DNA of 61,549 bases, the filler included, from Choristocarpus tenellus KU-1152 (taxonomy: Eukaryota; Protista; Phaeophyceae), in NCBI GenBank assembly GCA_964200185.2. It is 13 parts of 13 records of this genome, joined end to end, with 100 filler letters (N's around TTAATTAATTAA, not from the genome) between each part and the next. Parts side by side here need not be neighbours in the genome. Positions count along the whole stretch, not along the records: positions 1 to 2,804 come from CAXNAD020024607.1; positions 2,905 to 7,689 come from CAXNAD020013065.1; positions 7,790 to 15,539 come from CAXNAD020005645.1; 10 more parts are not named here. One strand, given 5' to 3'. Below, in pieces: positions 1-11,163 of this stretch. Made by a program: the position numbers and the translations under genes. The notes under the pieces were generated by a model, which was not told the origin of the DNA, searched no databases, and was given only the letters and a program-made list of their open reading frames with translations. How positions within the stretch are numbered: position 1 is the stretch's first letter; the number at the start of each line of letters is the position of its first letter.

Positions 1-46
1 TTCAAATTTTAACATAAGAAAAAAAAAAAAGCTTGTTTCGCCAAAC

Positions 47-87
<41 letters not shown>

Positions 88-1833
88 AGATACTTTGACC
101 CACATGCCTCTTGCTCTTTGCCTGTGGCGAGCACAGTGTGCTTCATAATAGGAGTGATCTTCGTTACCCCAGAAAAAACGGAAGTTTTTTGGACTGTTGT
201 CGTAGAGGAAGTGCTGCAAAGAGTTACACTTTGTGAATAGGAAGGAAGTGAATTGTTCCACCTTGGGGAGTGAAGTTCTACTACTGTGCCTACTATTTGC
301 AATGGTGGACCTCCAGCAGTGCTTCGTCACTGAGTGATGTACCACGCCTTGTATCTCTCCAGACAGACTTTCACGATCTAGAGCTTGTCAAAGCTCACGC
401 CTCTCACTGAAGATACTTGTGATTGCAATGAGTTGGTTGTGAAACGCACACCTCATGTTGTGTTGAATCTTCTTTGGCTCCGAAATCTGAATTTCAGTCA
501 ACAAGTGTGGTACTGATTGTACACATAGCAAGCATCTATCTCTCTGTGCATACTTCGCCATTAGTAGCAACACAACACATGCTGGCTGTTGTGTTGAGGA
601 GGAAGGATTAGACTCAAGAAGAGAGCAACAGACAAGAACAAGGAAACGCGCCCCATACAGTACCGCACGGTTAGGCACTTCGCCAATATTTTGATGTAAG
701 ATACGTGAGCAAAAACAAGGGGAGGATTCAGGTTGTACAAATCGAGTAAAAAAACAATGTGATAGAAAAAAAGTGCTACATCTGTCTGCAGGGAAAAGTG
801 TAGTGGTATGAATCGAAAGAATGTTCATCAGTGAAGGTAATTCAACTCAGAAAAAAAAATTGATGCACTCAATAACTGAAGAATTGCGTGTGAAACATTG
901 AACGCCAAAGGGCTCCGTGAGCTGAGCGTGCATATACGCGAGGAAATTACCACTAAAAAAATCACCCAAATATTCTTGGTTTCGATTTTAATTACTATTC
1001 ACAACACTACAAGAGTAAGGCTTGGGTGTTAAATTCGGGTTGGTCAATCCACGCCCATATTTCCTCCCTCACCATCACCTTGAATGCAATGCCTATAGAC
1101 TGCTGAGGAGGTCATTTTTGTTGGAGTGGTACCAAATTCAAACCCCAACCAGCATGGGGGAAGGAAATCTCCTGTCTCTAACCCTAACCCTCACAGACTT
1201 CAAGTCGTAAGCCGTTTTGTACAATTTCTACAGCAGGAAGTGACATTATGACTCAACCGACAGTAGTGTGCTTTGGCTGTGTGCCATTCATAACAAAAGA
1301 GTGGTAGTGGCTACATACATCGGCAGCCCTCTTCCTGCTTGTGACTCCTTGAAAAACGTCGCCACTTACATGGTGAAAATAGTAACAGGACATGTAGCAT
1401 TAAAGTTGTCCAGCTCACCTCGGTTTGAGGCGTGATAGGAAATGATACTGACTGGACAAAAAGAGAGCTCCACCTTCTACCTCCAATGCAAGAAACATGC
1501 TATTTTTTTACAACATCTTTGCACCAAGGGTGACAGAACCTTCTCCCTCTTACATCTGTCTGTATGCATCCACCTAAGGGCTTCAAAATGAGCCCCCAAA
1601 CTTCACCTCTACACTGACTCTGGTATGGGAATATTTGATATGAAAAGAATCGTAGTGGAAAAAAATAATGGTTGTGTGCAATTTGAACAGCCCACAAAAC
1701 AAAAACGTCTTCCAAACCAATCCCGTCATGGAACCGGCCCTTTTTCAGACACCACTTTTGTATTTCTAACCAAAAAGACTGCGCACACTTAAAAAAAAAA
1801 TTAGATCAATATTTTAAAATGCACATCATAGAT

Positions 1834-2122
1834 TTACATGTCCCAGAGCTCTTCCTCCCCTGTTCCAATGGGTGGCGACCCCAAAGGCGGACTGCCCATG
1901 GGGCCTTCAGTATCCAAGCCGATTGACTGCAATGACATATCCCCACTAAGATCCCCAACCACAACGCCCAGGCCCATGTTGAGGTCCGTTGCAGCAGTGG
2001 GATTGATCTGTTGGTTCTCCTGGTTGCTAGGATCTTCCTGACTATGACTACTATTGCCCCAACCTAACTCCCCAGCGTTCTGTCCCAGTGGCCCTGGAAG
2101 CTGATGACCTTCTTGGGTCAGC
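1834..2122 (-). CDS. Probable terminal exon of an unknown protein (acidic, low-complexity C-terminus)
   Basis: CAG acceptor at 2123, then an open frame of 96 codons LTQEGHQLPGPLGQNAG...GSPPIGTGEEELWDM-stop. GC is higher than in the flanks. No family recognised. Confidence 0.55.
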
Positions 2123-2804
2123 CTGGTGGATGTTAAAAAAAATAAACAACAGGGGCCAGAAGTAGAGGGAGTTTTAGTCCTGCTCTTTGATGTATGAACA
2201 GAAAGGTTGTGTTACACCCTCCCAAGACAGAAAATAAAAGAAGCGCAAAAAATTGGTAACAACAAACAGACACCTCCCGATAACCCCCCCCCACAAACAA
2301 TACCAATCAATTCATTGGACAAGTCTTATCATGCAGGGCCCTCCAAGGAATCAGTCAAAATTTACTCTGCCACTGGGGAAAGAAAGGAGCCCCCCTCCTG
2401 CGTATCGATCTTTCAAATTCATTCAAAAGACACACAGAAGAGTGCACCTTGGAGAACACTCATCTGTGCACAAGATGTTGGGGTACATGTTGGGGCACCA
2501 GAACAGAACCACACCACCCCAGCATATCTTGTGCCAAAACATACACAAACATTGCACATCAACGCTGGGATGTTGTCATGAGGGGATGCAAACATTTTGC
2601 TTGGGCAGAGTTCTTAACATTCACAGGGCAATAACCCCCAAACACCAAACGCCACTCTTGCTCCATTCCCGACCTTTCACATGATCTCTCCAACTCTTAT
2701 CTCCCTGACAGACCAAGGTATATGTATCCCCCCCCCCCCCCCCCCCCGCCACACCCCCCCCCCCCCCCCCCCCCCCCCAACCACCATCCACCCCCACCCG
2801 CACA

Positions 2805-2904
2805 NNNNNNNNNNNNNNNNNNNNNNNNNNNNNNNNNNNNNNNNNNNNTTAATTAATTAANNNNNNNNNNNNNNNNNNNNNNNNNNNNNNNNNNNNNNNN
2901 NNNN
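2805..2904. other. Artificial contig-joining spacer (first of 12)
   Basis: 44 N + TTAATTAATTAA (stops in all six frames) + 44 N. Identical spacers at 7690-7789, 15540-15639, 18244-18343, 23293-23392, 28469-28568, 31368-31467, 34548-34647, 39072-39171, 44003-44102, 48091-48190 and 53833-53932. Confidence 0.98.
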
Positions 2905-5515
2905 GTTTCCCTCGTTCCGTAGGGTCTTGCAGTATACTGGAACCTCCGTGTAAGAGGCCTGCAGCTCTTCACCCAGCTGTGTTCTTGTGAATATGCTCTT
3001 CCCTTTTATACCACGTGAGAACCTGAAGGTGAAATGCAAGCAAGTTAATTTTGAGGCGGGGGTGAAAGAAACGAAGTGGAGAAGCAATGTATATATGCAG
3101 GCACATGCTCCGAGGCATGTATATGGAAGTATAGATATAAAAAGGGGTGATGTGTACATTTTTTTATTGTATTGTTTCGAGAGTAGGTTACGAAACAGTT
3201 TTGGCAGCTGCTCTTATCGTTCAATTTTGTTGGGGGGAAATAAAAAGCCAAATAATCAATTATAGTGTATGACCTTCCATGGATGCAACAAGCGCGAGCT
3301 GCAAGCCTCAAGGCAGTATCTGAACGTATCAAAACACTATGCGGCTATCAGACTTGTATATCTTGCCTAATTACCTGTAGAAAATCAGATCGATTTTGAT
3401 GTGCGTGTGCCTGACCATAATGAAATGTATCTCGACCACACAAATGACACTCACCGCGACCAACAGCCCCGCATATCCGAGAAAGAAATTCTTCTTGTTC
3501 TCTGAGACGCTGTTGTCGACTTGGCCAGTTTGGGGAGTGGGAGGAAGGGAGAGATAGGTGTGAGGCCGATATGTCAGTCCATTTAGCCGCGTTTCGTGGA
3601 GGAACAGGGTATGTTTCCAGTACTGCTAGAGTGCAAGCTCTACATCACCGCCATCATACATGCAGGTTGCAATGCACAAACCAAAACTAAAGACCATGCA
3701 GTTAGTTACTTGGTGACCCGTATTCAGCGAGTATGTGTTGAGTAGGTTGTGTCAAGATGAAACTTTCTTACCTGCCAATGCACGTGCTGGATGATGCAAC
3801 TCCCCGCATGATCAAGGCTGTTGTGGTACTTGTCGATAAGCCTTGTGAGGGCAAGGTGGGTGGGTGTGCAGACAATGTTACAACCTGTGCAAACGATGAT
3901 GTCCGTCATTAGTTGGCAAATAGTACCATGCTTACTTACGCATTGTTTAGTTGGAGCTAAAAAGAGGGGTAACGGAATTTGTTTTTGCGAAAGTAGAGCA
4001 AATATAATGATCTTCGTAAATCCACCAGGAGCGTCATTCTGTTCGGGCCTCGCCGCCGTTTGCAGAAGCAGCAAAGGAGGCGAATCTACCATCATCATCA
4101 TCATCATCGCGAAGTGCTTTAGATATACAAAGTACACACTTTTGCTACCAATGTCAGACCGGGCCCAGGGCCGCAGAGTACTTGTACATGGCGTTTTTCA
4201 ATAACAGTTATTGTGTCTTCCTTCGTAAAATCGACGAAGAGTATCATCATCAACATTGTAGTCTCGACATAGCAAACGAAAACAATAGTCCTTGGTACGA
4301 ATCTTCACATGTTCTTTTAACCGTAACATCAGACCGGTTAAAGTAATAAACATCCACCTCTCGAAATACTACTTCGATCCACTTCTTCTACATACTGCTG
4401 GGTCACATGGTGTGGAACTAACTCCAACACAGGGTATGGCCAACATCTCCAAAACCAAGGGCAAAACCTACCTCTTTGTTCACGGCGTAGATCACAATTG
4501 TGGACTTGTGAGGCATGAACTGCCCGTATGTATCAGCCCAGTAGTCTATCCAGGACATCACCAGGTCTCGTTTCGGGGCCATACATGTCCTTATCTTTGT
4601 TCGTGACGTTCCTGTTGTAGTAGCGCACATATGTATATAAATGGATGGGATATGTGTTGGAGGTGGATACAAGGGACGGGGGATGGAATCCTAGAGGGAT
4701 CGTATGCCAGCAGCGGATCACATATTCTGTATATATTTATGTGTGGTAACTGCTACATCAGCCCGGGGACGGCTGGATGAGATGATATTTGGGCAGCATA
4801 AAAAAACATATCACAAGTGTATATACGCACATAGGTAACACATAACTCCACGCTGGAGGGATCTCTAACTTTGTATATCAGACATCTAGGCGTGGTAACT
4901 GCAAAGTGAATGTGGTGAGTACGGTCGGATGACATTGTTCTGAGATAGGACTATCGTTCAATCATCAAGCAGGGGGGAGAATATACCGGGTACAAATAAC
5001 ACTGTGTACATACGTCAAACCAACCTCTCCACTCCGGTCGATGCTCTTGCATTAGGTGTGCCTTTGCAAGTGTCGATGATATGATTGGATATTCCGAACG
5101 ATGCCTTGAAAAACTGCATACAGACGGGAATGCCGGCCACGAGCATAGATCCGCCTCCAGGTCCCAACTTAATCACAGGAACACGGTCACCAACGAAGTG
5201 CTTGCGATCGCAGCGGTTCTCACACGCCCGGATGATGTCCTGCTCTTTGGCCAACATGCGTGCAAGGAAGGACTCGCTATCTGCCGCGAACTTCTTCACA
5301 CAGGCTAAGCGCTTGCAGCAGTCACCCTGTTCGTTGACCGGGATGGGTTCAGCCCATCCTCGGCAAAGCTTGGTGCCGGTCACTGAAGCGTCATTGGTAG
5401 AAAGCTCCAGCGCATTATTGTTGGCGGGCTGGTGAGGGGGCAACACAGGGGGAGAAGCAGGCGACAAAAGCCACCCCCTTGCCGTGGAAGCAACTGTCAT
5501 GGTGTTTTCGGGCAT
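2905..5515 (-). mobile_element. Decayed, intron-containing Sola-type (DUF7869-like) DNA transposase
   Basis: Minus-strand blocks in the expected order: VCMQFFKASFGIS (~5090-5130); WIDYWADTYGQFMPH (~4510-4555); HVHWQ|gtaag (~3772); then 3525-3375 QVDNSVSENKKNFFLGYAGLLVAVSVICVVEIHFIMVRHTHIKIDLIFY, matching the QLDNxxxENKN...VGHTHxxID core. A phase-2 GT-AG intron (3374-3023) rejoins in frame to RFSRGIKGKSIFTRTQLGEELQASY. Lesions: GHTH reads RHTH, a frameshift near 4590, and the first catalytic Asp block was not found. Confidence 0.75.
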
Positions 5516-5573
5516 CAGGCGGTCTTGGGCAGCGAGAAGGTCTAGGAGTGATTAGATTCGAAGGCGGGCGTAT

Positions 5574-6091
5574 GAACTTTGTTTGAGCTCCGGACTATCC
5601 GTGGGACTACCCTGAGATCCATGATCCTGAAAATCCGTGTATTACGTTTATAGGAAGTTGTAAATCCGATTGTATACGTACTTATAATCTTTTTTTTAAA
5701 CAAAGCACATCATAGTTCATTGATCTTGTACATTTCCAACATTCCGAAACGGACTTTGTTTGAGCTCTGGGCTATCCGTGGGACCACCCTGAGATCCATG
5801 ATCCTGAAATTCCGTGTATTACGTTTTTAGAAAGTTGTAAATCCGATTATATTCGTACTTATAAATTGTTTAAAATGCAAAGCACATACTTCATTGACCT
5901 TGTACGTTTCCAACATTCCGAAATGAACTTTGTTTGAGCACTGGGCTATCCGTGGGACCACCCTGAGATCCATGATCCTGAAATCCGTGTATTACGTTTT
6001 TAGGAAGTTGTAAATCCGATTATATCCGTACTTTCAAATTGTTTAAAATACAAAGCACATACTTCATTGATCTTGTATGTTTCCAATGTTC
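5574..6091. repeat. Tandem repeat, 3 x ~175 bp
   Basis: Units start at 5574, 5751 and 5925 (GAACTTTGTTTGAGC...CTATCCGTGGGACYACCCTGAGATCCATGATCCTGAAA...). Confidence 0.95.
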
Positions 6092-6207
6092 AGTAACCAA
6101 AACGTCAAGAAACAACTAGCATCCTACACATTTTTGAAGTACAAAATCTTACCAAATTGGACATTTGGATTATTGTAAATTGCAGAGGCGACACAAGTGG
6201 TTCTTTT

Positions 6208-6239
6208 AGTAAAACGGATCCGATCGGATCCGTTTTACT
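6208..6239. repeat. Perfect 32-bp palindrome
   Basis: AGTAAAACGGATCCGATCGGATCCGTTTTACT equals its own reverse complement. A diverged copy lies at ~6483-6508. Confidence 0.97.
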
Positions 6240-6881
6240 CGTGAACACCCTAAAAACGTGCATTAGGATTTTTAGAAATAGTAATCCAGTAATAAACGTT
6301 CTTACAATTTTTGAAAATACCAAGAATGCACCTTATTGGTCTTACACGTTTCCAATTTTCAGAAACTAAAAGGACACTTCCAGCTGGTACCCACAATTTA
6401 TTTAAATACTAAAATCCGCTTCTTGGCTACTTTAGTATTCTTAAGAATACTAGAGACGGCAAAAAAGCGGATACATGGTATTAAAGATCCGATCTGATCC
6501 CGTTTACCGTTGAACACCCAAAACACGTGCGTTCGGGTTTTACGAAATTAGAATAATATTCTAATCTTTACATCAACAAATACAATTACAAACCACATCC
6601 TTCATTAATCCAATACGTTTGAAAGGTACGAAACGAAAGGTCACAAAAAACTGTTACTCTCTCTCTCTTTCCAATATGAAATCGTATGCTGTTCGATATT
6701 CGTATTTTTTATAACACAATTGTCAAGGGAAAGACAAATCTGAGTTTTGAGGACCGAATGACCAGATGAAATAAAGCAGGTACCTCCCATCCCTCAGTCC
6801 TCATTTCAATTCATTCCCTTCAGTACATACCACGCGCACCTGTTATTTATCGATCCCCATCATACCCTCCCAACCTTCGCC

Positions 6882-7319
6882 ATGTCCAGCATCCGCTCAA
6901 CAACAACCTACCCGACCGCCGATGGCGCTGCCCACGGATCGAGAACGTGGGACAGCGATCTGAAGGGCATGTCCTCACTCCTAGAACATCACTACCTCGG
7001 CACATACCGGATGAAACTCGGCAACATCACATGCACGGAGACAGTGCGTCCACTGAGTGAGCGTGGCCTTGCGCGCGTCAGCAAGTCTATCCACGAGAAA
7101 GGCTGGCTGGAGCAGTTTGCTTCATCTGTGGTAATCCAGCGAGACTCTTTAGGTAATGGGGACCAGCTCACCGCAAAACCACGCTTGCCATTCAAGGACA
7201 TACACTGGACGGAAACCATAGAATAACGGTGCTGAAGAGAGAGTTTGACCCCGAAAGCGCTTTCATGATGCGGGCCTACATGGAGTTCAACCAAGCAGAA
7301 GAGAGGCTAATCGCCAACG
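6882..7319 (+). pseudogene. ParB/sulfiredoxin-fold (ParBc-like) protein, first exon, one frameshift
   Basis: ORF 6882 has VRPLSERGLARVSKSIHEKGWLEQF..VVI. Adding one base in the A-run at ~7175 continues as TTLAIQGHTLDGNHRITVLKREF...AYMEFNQAEERLIAN-G|gt. The R..L..SI...G and DGxHR motifs are ParB/Srx hallmarks. Confidence 0.65.
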
Positions 7320-7940
7320 GTGGGTGATGGAGTGTTGTCGTTTTTCCATGATCGCATGATGACTCTTCTGATCTACCAAGTTGTTACCGAGTTTCCTTTG
7401 GTTCATTGTCAGTCAGCCAATTGTTGATCTTTTCGCTGTTGATATTTTTTCTCCCTCGTGATCTTTCTGTCGACAGCAACATGTTGCTCACTACTGCCTG
7501 CCACGTGTATCCCGCGACCGCTTCCCACCTATCCCTTGCCCCGTTCGCCCACTGCGATGTGTTACAAATCCTACAACTTGCCCGAGAAAATAGAGTAATG
7601 CAGATCGGCGTATCTGACAGGGTGGAGGGGGGGGGGGGGCAGATCGCAACAAACGATATCTTGGGGACGACTGAGATATTTGTACAAAGNNNNNNNNNNN
7701 NNNNNNNNNNNNNNNNNNNNNNNNNNNNNNNNNTTAATTAATTAANNNNNNNNNNNNNNNNNNNNNNNNNNNNNNNNNNNNNNNNNNNNAAAATTTGCCC
7801 AACACACCCAACCCCCTTCCCCCCTCCCCTTCCCCTCCCCCCACCCTCCCAAACTTCCCTTTTTTTAGCCCCCCCCCCCCCCCCCCCTTTTTTTAAATTT
7901 TATTTTGACAGTTACACAATCTCTACATACATTTTCTTAC

Positions 7941-10900
7941 CTGTCCCTGCTGACCTTGCCAAGGCCACTGCTGCCCTCCCTGGTCCCGCCGTTGCTCCCC
8001 ACCACCCCCCTCCCCCGGCGGCAGGGGCGGGGGGCGGCGAAGGGGAACTTCCCTCAAAATGGGCCAATCAGGAGCCTGGTTGAGACGCCCGTCATCAGTG
8101 TCTATCGCAAAGTCAAATTTTTCCAGCGACGCGCATAGACTTAGAAAGATGCTGACCCCCTCCTGACACCGCAACAAGCCTGTGGGTTCATAAAATGTCT
8201 GAAGGCGTGAAGGTGGGTGGAAGGGGTGGATTGGAGTGAGTGAGGATCGGATATGGGGGGTGGGTGGGTGGGGGGGATGGTGGGAGGGTAAATTTTGAAA
8301 GGGCTGTTCCTAAGGCGGTGGTTGCTCACGTCCACATCCGTGAATTGGAGCGACACTTCTTTTTTATTTTTATTATTAGTCGATAAAAATAATAACGGTT
8401 ATAATAACGGTAAAATGCATCGATACGGAAGAGTGTAATGAGAAAAGTGCAATTTCTGGAGTCATTTTTTTTTTTTTGACCATGTTTTTTTTTTTTTTTT
8501 TTTTTAACGACCCTAAAACATACGTAGGAACCAAAAAAAATGTTCTCCAATTCGACAAGGGCAACGTGGTTGTAACTGTCAACAACAGCAGTCCCAGGTG
8601 TGTGTATGCGTGAGCGCACCCCTTGACTGATCAATTCCACCCGTGACCATCCCAAATCAGGAAGGTGTCAACTAGGAGACTGGTTAGAGGGAGGAGGTTG
8701 GCGGGGGGGGGGGGGGCTGATGAATTATCCGATAGTAGTTACACGTAAGTCCAAAAAACAAAAAAATGTAGCGATGTCAGGAATGATCATACTTCAAATA
8801 CCCCCGGAAAAAAATTTCCTGACCCTAAACCTAACCCTAACAAGTATATATATTCATTTCCTACAGTGATCGTGTTAACAGGGTTGTGTACACACCAGTT
8901 ATCACATACAAATAAATAAATAAATAATACATGATACAGAGATATCCTATACTGTTGCATACTATGTCCTACATACAGCACAAAAAGTGGAGGGGATGTA
9001 ACATATCCCATAGGAGTGAAAGTATCTGAGAATGTACGAATTTTGCCCTGTTTGACCGTTTGGGGCTTGACTTCCCACGTGTTTAAAAAAAAAAAATCCT
9101 ACTTTGAAATGTTTCGGTGTAAGGTAAAATAAAATGTATACATTATGAAAAGGTGTGTCCGGAACAAGGATATTGACACTTCCCAACAAACACTACAGCC
9201 AAAATTACGTCAAAATCGCAACATTGGATGTCGGCCCCCAAACAGACGTGGTTCTGCCCTCTAAGATTTATTTGAATCATAGACCTCTACCGTACATTAC
9301 ATTTTCTATGACCCCAAGGAAGAAAAAATAACACCCAACAGACCTGAGCTCCAAGAGACAAGGTTTGCAACTACTGAGGGGAATATTCTGGAGAACCTGC
9401 ACCATGACACACTACTATAGTCTGTACCACTAAGAGACTATACAGAGAGCTTCACTCAACGTAACAACAACAACACAGGCCCCCCATCCCCCACCCCCCC
9501 ACCCCAACCCCGTGATCTCGGCAAATAATACCATATATATATCAAACAGGAATAAAAAATAGAAAAAAAACCCCAGAAATAAACAAATACCCAAACATCG
9601 CAAAAGACAAGTGATTAGGCACTGGGGTTGCGGAAACGCCTTAGACAGTACCACAACCGCAAATGGTCACAATCAAGTACGGAGAATCATGGGACTGGAG
9701 ATGATACTGGTAATGAGGCACCCCAGGCTGTGAGTCTTCATCAAACAAGACATGAGCTCCATTCTGTAGCCATCACATTAATCCACACAAGATTCTATTC
9801 CAATAAACGACACCTTCAAGGACCCCAGACACCATGTACATGGGCATCATGCAGTACAAAGTGTGAAGTAGTAAAACGATGTATGCCTGTATGCCTGTCT
9901 CCCTGCCTGCCTGCCTGCCTGCCCATCAGTAAGTTACCAGCACCAGCTCTCTTTCTCATGGATATGCTCATGCCAGTCAAGCAAGCCACCCATGTTGGTG
10001 GTAGGCTGCAGACTGCACCAGCTCTAACTGGCTCCACCTCAACACCTTTACCGCCTCTCGGTATCGTGCGTCCACTCACCGTCTCGCTTTGCGTTCGTTT
10101 TTTTACTGCATATTCTCAGTCAGTACCCGCTCTCGGTCTCGTGCGTGCGCTCGCAACAATCGTGCGTGCAACTAACGCGAGCTTTTGGTTGTGTTTGCGT
10201 CTCTCAAGCTCTATCCAGTTCCGTTTTCATTGCTGTCATATCGCAGCCGCTCTCTCAGTCTCGTGCATCTGCCCATTGCCATGCGTTTCATGTGCTCGTC
10301 ATTACTGGCATCACCTATCAGCGCTAGCATCAACTCTCTCTCTCCCTCAATCGTGTAGACCACAGCGATTGCGATCCCATTTCCTCCCGGCAGCCCTTAG
10401 CCTCCTTGCCGTCTGCATGCACACTGTGAGCAATTGAGGCCACTCTTGGAGGTACCCAAGCCGTCATTCTGCTATCATTCCGCTACTGCCCGAGGCCAGA
10501 TAGACAAAGGCCTACCTACCGAGAAGAAAATGAGAAAAAAAAACTTCCTTTGACTTCAACTGATACCGCTGACAAATCGTATCGTAACAGTATCGTAACA
10601 GTATCATGACACTACCGTAGCATACTTCAGTACAGTAGAAACAACGCAAGAGTTGGCAAAACAGTACCCATGCAATGAGGTAATAGACCTGCAAGTGAAG
10701 TTATTTAACCAACATCCTTACAGAGAGCGGATACTTCAAGCCCTTTCCACATCATCTGCCTCCTCCCCAGGACTAAAGGGTGCCGTGACATAAAAGCATT
10801 GCAGCAGTACTAGTATGAGACAAGACTAGACATGCAAAACGAATCCTTGAATACGTCTCAGTAGTTGCTCCTCACTCAAACATACATACCTTTAACAATA

Positions 10901-11113
10901 ACAGCAATAGCACATCAATGGTGTAGGTGTGAAGTTGTCATCCAAGTCCACCAAAGCAACTACTACAGACTACTACTTACACTTCAAAAATACAGTAAAA
11001 CACCTACTTCGGAGCAGACATACACACACATATATATGTAGTTGTAAGCACATGACTTCCTCTCCACTAGCATCTCTCAGATAAAGTGCTCGTCTCCCTC
11101 AATCCCTCATCAC

Positions 11114-11163
<50 letters not shown>

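Noticed and set aside
300-520. Possible Copia relic on the minus strand (ISEPK..., ERYKAW)
   Set aside because: Only two short motif echoes in different frames; too weak to call.
2849-2860. Regularly recurring palindromic TTAATTAATTAA flanked by N
   Set aside because: Assembly spacer with stops in all frames; not biological and not a CRISPR-like repeat.
5574-6091. Repeat array as a CRISPR or spacer-acquisition array
   Set aside because: Units are similar along their whole length with no unique spacers, and no cas genes are present.
9628-10437. 269-aa plus-strand ORF
   Set aside because: Antisense within a RUN gene intron, runs through a microsatellite and repeat-like DNA, and has no recognisable domain.
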